From Octopus sinensis (lineage: Eukaryota): a stretch of 64,000 nt of DNA. Below the pieces are notes generated by a model, which ran no database searches, had not been told where the DNA came from, and was given only the letters and a program-made list of their open reading frames with translations. This document shows, one piece after another, positions 53,176 to 64,000 of the stretch. Location of the stretch: contig NC_042998.1 of assembly GCF_006345805.1 (NCBI RefSeq), positions 118,048,001-118,112,000 on the forward strand, written 5' to 3'. Within the stretch, counting starts at the first letter, position 1; each line of letters begins with the position of its first letter. Both the position numbers and the translations under genes were made by a program.

Positions 53176-54082
53176 GAAAAATGCAAGGTGAAAGGGAGAA
53201 TACAGAAAAATTATGTGTAAAAAATATATAAGCAATAAACCTATAAACCAATATCTCTATAAATATGTAAGAAATATATGTATAAAAATTATAAATAAAA
53301 ATATATAAGAAATATAAGTAAAAGTTATAAAGAGATAAAAAGTTTGTGCGTGGACACAATATAGAAAGCAAGTTCTATCTGCAGTCTCGTGGGGACCAAA
53401 ACGTGAAAAAATATTTGGCCACATTTGGGCATGACCCGAAAAGTTCATTTCTTGAATTCAGACATATAGCGGGGTCTAAGCTGCTTTTCCAGATGAGCCA
53501 TCTTTCCATATCACATAGACCGCACTTTCCACTACCGTAGGTGTAGGGCTTACACTTGGCTGAGATCTTCCAATGGATGTTGTAACTGACACCTTTATCT
53601 TTTAATGACCATATATGACTGGATAATTTTGTCGTTTTCCTTTCATCTCAGTGCCTTACTCTAAGAAACTTTTGGAGAAAATTATAGACCTGAATAAGCG
53701 CATGAGAGGGAAAGTTTTCTTTTACAACACAGAAGTGGACACTATAGTAACACGTTTATTTGTCTTGCAAAATTTCGTACTAAAGCTGAGTCGTAGATGC
53801 AATACTTAAAACATCTTAAAATAATTCTGCCTACATTCAAATTCTAGAAATGTAAAACTTTATCTTCATTTCAGTGTCAAGTGAAATATACTACTCAGAT
53901 AATTTAATTTCCTGTACATATTCATCAATCAAAAATTACTTTGTATTTCAATTAAAGAGCTTGGTACATCTGTACAAACTACGATAAATAAATAAAACAT
54001 TATTAAATGCTTTAACGTAAATACTCATCACTTTGTAGCACATGCCATAAGCGAGAAAATGATGGGACAGGACCATATATAG

Positions 54083-54129
<47 letters not shown>

Positions 54130-54213
54130 AATATAATATATATATATATGTATGTATATATATACATATATACATATATATGTGTGTGCGTGTGTGTGTG
54201 TGTGAATGTGTGT

Positions 54214-54527
54214 GTACAGGACGTCACCAACTGTGTAAACAACATGAAGTACGAAAACAAACGAACGAGTTAAGTACGCAAACAACGAGAGGTGAATTGG
54301 AAAACAGGACAAGTAGCACAAAGAACGTCCATTCATCAGTTGTCAGCTCTGTATCTACTCCTCATTTCGAGCATTCCCGAAATCAGTTATAGATTGACAG
54401 CCGACAACTGATGAAAGGTCATTTTTTGTGTTACTTGTCCTTTTTTCTATCTGCTCTCAATGTTTGTGTATTTAAATCGTTTGTCTTCATACTTCATTTT
54501 GTTTACACAGTTGGTGATGTCATGTAC
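54214..54527. repeat. Diverged ~135-bp-arm inverted repeat between microsatellites
   Basis: 54214-54348 is inverted relative to 54399-54527; both arms carry gacaaCTGATGAa near the centre. Confidence 0.9.
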
Positions 54528-54531
54528 CCAT

Positions 54532-54584
<53 letters not shown>

Positions 54585-54585
54585 G

Positions 54586-54640
<55 letters not shown>

Positions 54641-54829
54641 GCATATATATACTAAGTTGTCACACATGAAATCTCGCATTTTTAATTACTTGTTATTTTA
54701 ATAACTTAATATCTCAATTTTATATATCCTTGCATTTAATCTTGACTATTTCTCTTTCCAAACAATATTACTAAAATAAAAATAAAATCGTATCCACTGC
54801 TCTTATAGAAATGATAACAACCATACATC

Positions 54830-55817
54830 TGTGTGTGAGTTTCTTGTAAGAGTACAGACTGGGTCATTCTGCCTCAGAAGATCTACGGAATAACAAGCGG
54901 GCCTTTGGTAAGGGTTTTCTTGACATCAGAACTGCTCAGGGATGATTCTAAAGATCTCGTTCAGGAGATGATAGCCTTGAAAATAAACGAAGTGGGAGGC
55001 CACAGCCAGTTACTCGGTATGATGGATTAAATGTGTTTTGATTGAACAATATCCGAGAACAATGGTACTAAAACGTTCATCACCACTCCAAACATCGCAC
55101 ACAAATGTTTCTCGACTACTGAAAATATTGGAAAAGTCAAGAAAATGGATACGTTTGTTCCACATCAACTGAAAGTGAACTCCTTATTGCTTTCTTGAAA
55201 GGAAAAACAAACCATTTTTGCATCGAATTATTACATTTGATGAGCAATTGATACTCTTTGACAACAGCAGGAGAACAGGACAGTGATTAGACGCAGGAAA
55301 GTTAAGTAAACACTACCCAAAACCACCATTGTACCCTAAATAGTTGGTGGTCATTGTTTGGTGGTCTGCGAAGGGAATTATTTTTTATCCATTTTTGCAA
55401 AAAGGAAAAACGGTAACAGCAACATCGTATTGCTAGCAAATTGATTGTATGCATGAGAATTTGAAAAAGAAGACTAGTGAATAGAGATGGCCCAATTTTG
55501 CTTCACAACAATGCCTAAATTATGAGATTTTGTAACATCCTCCCTATTCCCCTCACATCTGTCCTACTGATTATCACTTATTTAAGCATTTTAAAACTCT
55601 CATGCGCATTACAACATTCTTAAATAGAGACGTAATTGAAGTATTCAGACAGTTTATCACAACAAAAGATGAAATTGTTTTTTAAAGAATCTATGACCTA
55701 CAGAAACGTTGGGTAAAGGTCACATGGATCGTACTTTGATTAAGTAAATCAGTTCTCTAACACTTCTGAAACATTTTATTGTTACTTTTCTAATACGACA
55801 TTTCATGCGCAATAACC

Positions 55818-55822
<5 letters not shown>
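54830..55822 (+). mobile_element. Decayed mariner transposon
   Basis: GHSASE...AFG, RSGDDSLE...SGRP, VPHQL, HRIITFDE, VWWSAKGII, LLHNNA, HPPYSPHICPTDYHLFKHF; TIR-like end followed by TA. Confidence 0.88.
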
Positions 55823-55848
<26 letters not shown>

Positions 55849-56319
55849 GTTGTTGAAAAATAAGTCCCTGAAGCTAACAAATCTTCTTGCAACTGCTTTC
55901 TGGTGATCGTTGCGTTTTCTTTACGATTCTTCACTTCATTTTTCTTAAAGATCTAGGGGAAATTTTGCATGGTACACTGGATCTTATTCTGTTTTCAGCA
56001 GTTCTCGATTTTTATATCTTTGAATAAATGAAGATATGGTAGAAAATGGAATACAAAGGGTCTCTGATATTTTCCTGTAAATAAGGAAAAGAAGACAAGG
56101 TGGAAAATGCTAAAATAATTTCATCTTGAAGTATATTTTAGTACCTCTTTTCGTCTTCTTAGACTTTTACAACTAAGAGTAAATTAAGAAAAACAATTAA
56201 ATTAGAGAATAAATAATTGAAATGTTTAGTAGATATTTTCATAAATTTTGAAAAGGTAAATATTTCCATAGTTTACAGACAGTCTGTCTCCCTCTCTCTT
56301 TATTCCTTTGTGAATGCCT

Positions 56320-56385
56320 GGTAGGTAGGCAAGTTGTTAGGTAGGTAGGTAGGTAGGTAGGTAGGTAGGTAGGTAGGTAGATAGG
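56320..56385. repeat. (TAGG)n microsatellite
   Basis: Direct inspection. Confidence 0.95.
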
Positions 56386-56599
56386 TGTGTTGTCATATAT
56401 GCATATATCTTTTTTGTATGTGTGGGAGAGAGAGTGTGATGTCTAAGTGGCATTCACGCTCTCTCTCTCACACACACGCACACAGACACACGCACACATA
56501 CAAAAAGGATATATGCATATTAATTTATGCATATACGAAAACACACCCCTTCTCTCCCCCTCTCTCACACACGCTTCCATTTCATCTGATGTTTGATAC

Positions 56600-56639
<40 letters not shown>

Positions 56640-57199
56640 CGAGCGTGGGACGTTCCACAATCGTCATTCCAATTGCTCTTGTGAACATATTGACGTAACT
56701 AATTTTTTCATTTAATCCGCATTTTAATTTTCGAAACATTTCCGAGAACAATGCTCTCACATTGCAAAATGAGTCGGGGTAGATGTAGATGATCAGTATT
56801 CTACAATGACGTAAAATGAATACAGGTAGCCAGCGTCAATGTTGAGTTCTGTAACTCTGTTAACTCTAACATGTATGTTTGCAAACATATGTATAAACAA
56901 ATGTTTCGATGCTGCAACGCATACTCTTATGTAGAATGGCAGCCAACAGATAAATAAAAATGACGAAGATGCACTTTATGACGGAGAAAGATACACTAGT
57001 ACCAATGAGGATTTTTTTCGCGTCTTCAATTTTCCCAATCATGACAGGCACCCAGCCATCAATCATCTGAGTGTTCGTTTAGAGAATGACCACAGGGTTA
57101 GCTGAGTTACGGTTTAAAATAATCGTCTAAGGGATAGAAATATCCATTATACTACTGTTATATACATACATACCCACACACACACACACACACACACAC

Positions 57200-57242
<43 letters not shown>

Positions 57243-57300
57243 CAGAAAAACGCCAAGAATTATATATATATTCATATATACATTGAATTATATATATATT

Positions 57301-57410
57301 CGCCATGACAGATCGCTAGCCACTACGCATTCTTTATTTTCTCTCACTGTTCTTTCTGTGTTCCTTTTTGTGGAATAGCGTAGGCTCGAAACGTTAGAAA
57401 GACGTTCTAA
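57301..57410 (+). mobile_element. PLE pLTR-like repeat, degenerate hammerhead
   Basis: agcgtaggctcgaaacgt shared with 17677-17696; follows a (TA)n tract. Confidence 0.55.
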
Positions 57411-58409
57411 GGGTTCACTGAAAAAAAAAATAAACATGGTTCCAGTGCCAATATAATTTCGAGATACCTGAACCCTTAGGAAGACTGTTCACTGAACTTT
57501 GTCACGAAGAAATAACCTCGCTGTAGACAAAGAGATGAAAAAATAACCTCGCTAGATGCCCTTTAGGGGATAGCGGGAGGAATGCATTTCGATGTAGTTA
57601 TTTTCTCATCATCCGAAAGCACAACCAGTCAAATTATTTGGATTGGTCTTGAATAATAGAAACCTTATCAGTTTCGAATGGACTATTTTGTATTTGGTGC
57701 TGTTGAGAAGATATCTACTTAAAATGTATGCAACCATCTATCTATTAGATGTCTCTCTAAACTGACTATGGTGCTTATATGTCTAAGCGAGAATACTCCT
57801 CCAGACAAGCTGCAGGTTTGATCCCTGTAAGGTTTCAAGTATCTCTTAAGTATATTGGAACTAGTACCACGTTTACGCACACACACATCGGATTGTATCG
57901 AAACTGTGGAACCGCCTTGACGGCTTTAACTGAACATGCTGCATAGTACTTATTGTATCGGTCTCTATTTGCCTATCCAAAAAGTTCATATATTTATTAA
58001 CATACACAACTTAAGAATACATATTAATTCGAAGTTTCGCCGGTGGAGCTTATATATTCAGGTTGTCGTGTCTCTTTATTACATGATGCTTCAAATGCGT
58101 ATTTATGTTCTTCAAAGAACAGATTTTTAATGCACCTTAAACTTATTAATTGAATAAATCTCTCAGGAATGCGTTGTGTGTACAAATCTGTTTGTCCGAT
58201 TCACTTAATAGCGGATTTAGCACCGTTCCAAAAGAAGTTACACAACCACTGATGTATTCCTAATACTGTATTAATCTTATTTCTCTTGATCCCTTTGCTC
58301 TGTCGCAGAAATACTGTATTTAAAGACGCGGTGCATAAATTTGAATATTACAGTATTGACTAAAATATATTGATATATTCTATTGTAAAGCATTGCCTTA
58401 TATCAACTC

Positions 58410-58900
58410 AATCATAATGCTTGGCTAACCTACCGACACATGCATTATTTTCGCACGTTTTTTTTCTCTCTGATTTTTTTCCTCTGACCATCTGTTTTCT
58501 CTATTCTTTCCTTTCTATAGAAGAATGTAGGCTCGACATACCTATACAATACGGTATGGACATTGAAAGAAGAATGAATAAGCAGTCCCCAGATAACATG
58601 GAGAACATGGAGTATTCTTGCAAGACTCAGAAATTACAAGGGAAGGGTTACAAATGTGAGATTTGTATTACTGAAAAGGTAAATATAATCCAGTCAACAT
58701 CTTAAATATCAAGGATGAAACGTTTGTTGCCTGCATCCAACGATCCTAACTGAGTTTTCTTCCCAGAACGTGAACATTGAATATATACACCATATGAACT
58801 TCACACATATAAGACACTTTCCCTACTAATGTACTCCCTCAACACACAAACATACCAACATTACACATACCCATAATATAATATAAATAAAGCCAATTCA
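58410..58900 (+). mobile_element. Penelope-like element fragment: pLTR piece plus GIY-YIG endonuclease C-terminus
   Basis: Frameshifted W.LKEE...ITWRILAR...KCEICITEKVNII...ILNIKDE...C matches the PLE GIY-YIG C-terminal pattern; preceded by a gtaggctcga pLTR remnant. Confidence 0.7.
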
Positions 58901-59604
58901 ACATCCAGCACAGTTTCTTCCTAAAGTGAAAGCCAAGAGAGATAATCATTCAAAAATTCTCATCCACGCGTGTAGTTCCCATTGATTTTTTGTTTTGTTT
59001 AGGAGAATTTACTATGAATTCCATACAATTATCGAATTTTTATCCAATATGGATGCAAACACAATTCCTCCGTGTGATCAGCTTCAAACTTCGTTTGCTG
59101 TTGCCTCACATGTCACTATCTTGTTTATTTGTATAAGTCTGAACTACGTGTGTGTATTAGTAAGAAAGGAGAAAGACGAAAAGCAATTGGTATCACTTTA
59201 CAGCATTTGATTTATAATTTAATCACAGTACTGAGTAGTTATAGTAAATAGAGGATTATGAAGTAATGCGTAAATAATCGCGTATTCATAATCCTGAATT
59301 TATTATAAATACTCTGCACCATGTTTACATTATAAGTTCTACGTTCTGAAGTGATACTAAATATTTTGCTTGTTCATTCTCTTTTTCTAATAAGTATCTA
59401 CTTGATCAACGATGAACCACTTCTAGCCGTCTTTGATTAGCAGCTTCAACATCGCCTTTCTTTCAGTCGCATTTCAAGCCCGGAGTTTTCAAACCGAACA
59501 CTTATACTACATATCCATTACGTTGCATCATTATACGAACATTTTTCATATATACGTTCGTAAGTGTGCCTGTGTGCGCGTGTGTATGTATGAATATATG
59601 TATG

Positions 59605-59679
<75 letters not shown>

Positions 59680-60048
59680 CGTGTGTGTGTGTGTGTGTAA
59701 AATGAAAGCAATTGAAATAAGAAGACAAAAAGCGACTTTATTATATCTTTAATGACCAGTTACAATTGTTTCTCTACTAACTTCACAGTGTGCCATGTGA
59801 AGAACTACGTGATATTTGCGATTTAAACATGAGAATGGTAATTTTTCAGACATCCATCACAGGTACTCTCTTGCATTTTGCGTCTGCCACTTTTTGTGTT
59901 TTGCATATATTGGGAGGAGAAAGAATAAAATACATTTGAGAATTGTGAAACGACGAACAGGAGAAATACAATGTCAGTACTAAAGCAGACAGGCATATGG
60001 TTAGTGAGCGAAAAAGCAGTCGAATAATGATAACAAGAAGAAGAAGAA

Positions 60049-60080
<32 letters not shown>

Positions 60081-60859
60081 AAACAAGAAGAACAACAACA
60101 ACAAAGCTTATATTAAGAAGAAATAGAAGAGATAGAAGAAAATGATGAGAGTTAAGTTGAACAAGAAGGAGGGGAAGCGAAAACGAAGAGAGAGAAGAGG
60201 AAATATAATTTATATTGGAAAATATGGCGATACCGACGCCCGTAGCAAGTTACAACAGGGACAAGTGAGTATAGTAATTTAGTACGGAACTATAAATATC
60301 TATTAGATATTTATTCTAGATAAAATAAGTGAAGTAGCAATACGAAGAAAAATTATGATGAAAACTAAAAACAATGACACCAACATGGATGATTATAAAT
60401 CTGATAATAACAATACTAGAAATAATGGCTCTCATCGTTTTTTTAATCACAACTGGTTGGAAGTGCTATCCTGTACATTGTTTTGTTTTGGTATAAAAGA
60501 TGGGCTACAACAGATATTCTGCACAATACCACAGATTAACTTGTCAATTGTTTGACTTTAACCAGTTGAGCATATCCCTTAGTGGCTGACTATAAGTGCA
60601 TCTCTGATCACGAGCAGAAGTAGTTGGGGAGCATCATAGCCATGTGTTTTGAGGAATTCTTTTGGGTTTGGATAATTCATCTCTGAAAACAAAGGTGTTT
60701 CATTCAACGTGCTTAAACAATCCTTATTCTAGGACCTTCTGAGCGGGATGGTCTACACGACACGAAGAAAATAATATTTGGACTCCACCAGCATGGTTTA
60801 ATCTTGATATGAGACCACCATATGGGGCCAAGAATCTTCCTATTGGATTGATATTTTTA

Positions 60860-60898
60860 TTATCATTATTATTATTATTATTAATATTATTATTATTA

Positions 60899-60939
<41 letters not shown>

Positions 60940-60957
60940 TATTATTATTATCATTAC

Positions 60958-61010
<53 letters not shown>
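60860..61010. repeat. (ATT)n microsatellite (a second tract lies at 61666-61741)
   Basis: Direct inspection. Confidence 0.95.
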
Positions 61011-61012
<2 letters not shown>

Positions 61013-61663
61013 TAGTTTTATTTTTATAGCGTGCTTTCACTTCACTACCGAGCGCAGCTCTGTGTGCCTTGGGTATGTGCTGTGATTTGTTGTGATGCTC
61101 TGATGGTTATTGTATGGAAAGTGTTCTGCGTAGGATGTGTGCAGTGCCTAGTAGTGCAATTTTCTGTATGTTATATGTGTTTGTAAGTCCTGGTGTTTTT
61201 GTTATGTATTTGTCTGAATATTTTTTTATCATGCCTAATGCACCTACTATGATAGGAATTGTTCTGTTTTCAGGTTTCACATTCTAGTTATCTCTATTTC
61301 CAGGTCTTTGTATTTTGAGAGTTTCTCCATTTCTTTTAGAGACACGTTGTCATCTGCCGGTATTGATACATCAATTAGAAAGCATTTTTTTTCTTCATGA
61401 TCTCTGACAACTATATCTGGTCTGTTGGCCTTAATTTCTCTATCTGTGTGTATCGGCATATCCCAGAGTATGGTTGCTTTCTCGTTTTCTGTGACCTTTT
61501 CTGGTGTGTGCCTATACCATCTTTTTTCTGTTGTTATTCCATAATGTTGGCATAGCTTCCAATGTATGTAGGTTCCAACTCTGTCATGTCTGTGAATATA
61601 TTCCTTCTTAGCCAGGACTGGGCAGCTAGAGATAATATGATTTATTGTTTCTTGTCCATCTCC

Positions 61664-61665
<2 letters not shown>
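61011..61665 (-). mobile_element. 5'-truncated R4/Dong-like LINE inserted in (TAA)n
   Basis: GDGQETINHIISSC...WDMPIHTDREIKANRPDIVV...DVSIPAD...EKLSKYKDL...ALLGTAHILRRTLS; TAA repeats on both sides; a stop and frameshift near 61277. Confidence 0.93.
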
Positions 61666-61741
<76 letters not shown>

Positions 61742-61918
61742 CGGTTCTAGTGTTTCTCATTCGCAAAATGAGATCCACTTAACTTCGCTCATATTGCTTT
61801 CAATTTTGGTGTATCGATGCAACTCTGAATTTTGATTACGATCAGCCAATTTACTTTATCTCATAAATTAAAGAATTTGATGTTATTTGGAATTCAATTT
61901 GGGAAATTTGGGTAATTT

Positions 61919-61978
61919 TAGCCAATCAACAGACAGCGTAACATTAACAGCTTGTTACCATGGCAACCGTACGCTGTG
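61919..61978. promoter_or_regulatory. RFX X-box with nearby CCAAT box
   Basis: GTTACCATGGCAAC at 61954-61967 fits the X-box consensus GTTNCCATGGNAAC; agccaatca at 61920-61928. Confidence 0.35.
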
Positions 61979-62094
61979 TTGTGGTTCAATATTGTCTGTG
62001 CCGCCGTTGCCTATGTTGATTTTTCACACTTAGTATTTTTACATATTTTTCATATAGTATTAAAGAGAACTGGACGGGCTGAGGTAAAATAGTT

Positions 62095-62430
62095 GTGGCG
62101 TAATGTTATATATCCTGAGTTCGATTTTTATAGTGGGCAGATAGCACGGGGGCCAAGTCTTTGGTGAATATTAAAGTTTGTGCAACGGCGGGGTTGTTGA
62201 AAGTAGAGATTGAGTTTCTTTAATCGACTGCAATAGTCAAAGCCTATCATACCGTCTATCTTTCTTGTTATTGACCTTTGTAGAGCTTCCACTTTCATAA
62301 TGTGTTGCTTCCTGTGGAGAGACATCAGTGGGCAGCAGTACTCAAGGTGGGGTTGGGCAAAAGTAGAGTAGAAAAGGATGATGATGTAGGCATCGGATTT
62401 GCTCACAAAATCTAATTCCATGTAACACAA
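62095..62430 (-). mobile_element. CR1-like LINE 3' fragment
   Basis: FYSTFAQPHLEYCCPL...KVEALQRSITRKIDGM...DYCSRLKKLNL. Confidence 0.85.
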
Positions 62431-63210
62431 GGGTTACAATTTCTACATACTAAAATTTTTTGTAGAACAATGTTCACCTAGAGAGCAACATACAGACCAG
62501 CGAACGTTACGCCCACCCACGTTGTTTGTGAATAACAAAGCCCACAACAAGCTAATTTTTGTGCTAACAAGTCCATGACGACGTGATCGACTAATAACTG
62601 CCCTCTTCCAAATAAAAACAGGAAACACCCTAAATACCAACAACAGCAGTAAAATAACTAACAAACCAAAACAAGCCGCCTATTTACATTTTCTGCTGAA
62701 GCCCTAAGAATTTCTATTACTAAAATGTTGATACACCCAATTAGTAAGAAAGTAAGGAATAAACATTGAATTCTTAACCTTTACATTGTCAAAGCAAAAG
62801 AATAAAATCAAAACTAACTAAACCAAAACTAACCAAAGCAACTACCTTATCCTGTTCGTACACATCTGAATATTCACACCTGCTTACCAAGTTATACAAG
62901 CGCGAATAAATTCTACAAAACACTAAAATAACCTGAAACCAAATCGATAAAATTTCTCCAAAATATCTCTCTATAACAACCTACCCTGAAACCTAGTTAC
63001 TACTCTACAGAAATCACATACCTAAAGAAATCTTTAACTTAAGGGAAACTATATAAAGCCAATATTAATTTTACTGCATTGGAATCTGGACGAAACTTCG
63101 AAATCGCTGTCAATAATATTGTGCACATCGAAGTAATATGTCTGTCAGATAGAGAAAGAGAGTGAGAGAAAAAGTGTGAGAGAGAGAAAGTGAGAGAGAG
63201 AGTGAGAGAG

Positions 63211-63262
<52 letters not shown>

Positions 63263-64000
63263 GTTTATAAAGTAATGCATTATTCGATTATTACATCGAA
63301 TATGTTTTGGAGCATGGAACTTTAATTGTATTTCTTCTAAATAATGATGTGTTGTTATAATCATGGAACAATTCCGCTGAATAAGAGACACCCGGTCTTA
63401 TAGTATTTTGCATGAAATGGAAAGAGATTAATCATGAACCTATTAAATTTCTCGAATCCCATTAAAGGAGTTGGTATGTTGAGTAATTGCATTTGCAAAA
63501 ACTGAACCATGATCATTTTGCTCTGAAAGAATGATAAATTACTTTTTGTTTCTTTCTAGTTGAAGTCACACCAATCAGTCTTAATCTCAGTTGAATTTAA
63601 TCTAATATATTATCAGAGTAGTTCTATTTCCAATGACGTTTCCGGCGAAATGGTTTCTTTACAGTCAATAACATTTTCAGGAAATATCACCTTATCACAA
63701 ATGATTGTTATAAATGTGTTTTCTGAAATAGAATGCAAATCAAAAAGAATGGCTCGTTTCGAGCACATCGAAGTAATTACACAATATAGATGGCGAAAGC
63801 AAAGTGAAGAACACTGCTCTGTTTCCCAAAACTTAGACAAATCCTAACAATTAAATCAGTCTGTTGTTCCTTTTGGTTGAAAGGTCTCCCATTGCCATCA
63901 AGTGAATTATACATCAATTTACTATTTCTTGTGTCACCCGCTGATCTAATGTCTTTCAGACGAATGTGAAGAGAACCAAATATCATTATTTGTCGGATGT

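Noticed and set aside
263-59728. Numerous ORFs rich in YI, HT and CV repeats
   Set aside because: Translations of (TA)n, (CA)n and (CATA)n microsatellites.
60420-60840. Probable interspersed repeat with faint helicase-like words
   Set aside because: Could not be classified from sequence alone.
63560-63986. Overlapping ORFs with acceptor-like sites on both strands
   Set aside because: No recognisable domain and the window ends here.
1-64000. CRISPR arrays, rRNA, true tRNA genes, conserved miRNAs
   Set aside because: None seen by eye; tRNA-like boxes belong to SINE heads, and no repeat-spacer array is present.

Overview
AT-rich eukaryotic non-coding DNA, dense in (TA)n/(CA)n/(TAA)n microsatellites. 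The SINE families resemble Octopus repeats, so the source is probably a cephalopod (inferred, not searched). No intact host gene is recognisable; most listed ORFs are microsatellite translations. Decayed mobile elements include a Chapaev-type DNA transposon, two mariners, Helitron pieces, CR1 and R4/Dong-like LINEs, Penelope-like (PLE) GIY-YIG fragments and tRNA-derived SINEs. The most striking structure is a set of about a dozen type I hammerhead ribozyme motifs (four essentially complete), carried by several short non-coding elements usually beside (TA)n tracts. The best is a 483-bp unit with a 112-bp terminal redundancy and a complete hammerhead (14864-15458), resembling a retrozyme or PLE pLTR. 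Another is a ~350-bp foldback with a hammerhead in each arm (16992-17342). One candidate minus-strand coding exon encodes a mitochondrial-presequence-like peptide (45284-45497). All alignments and folds were done by eye.
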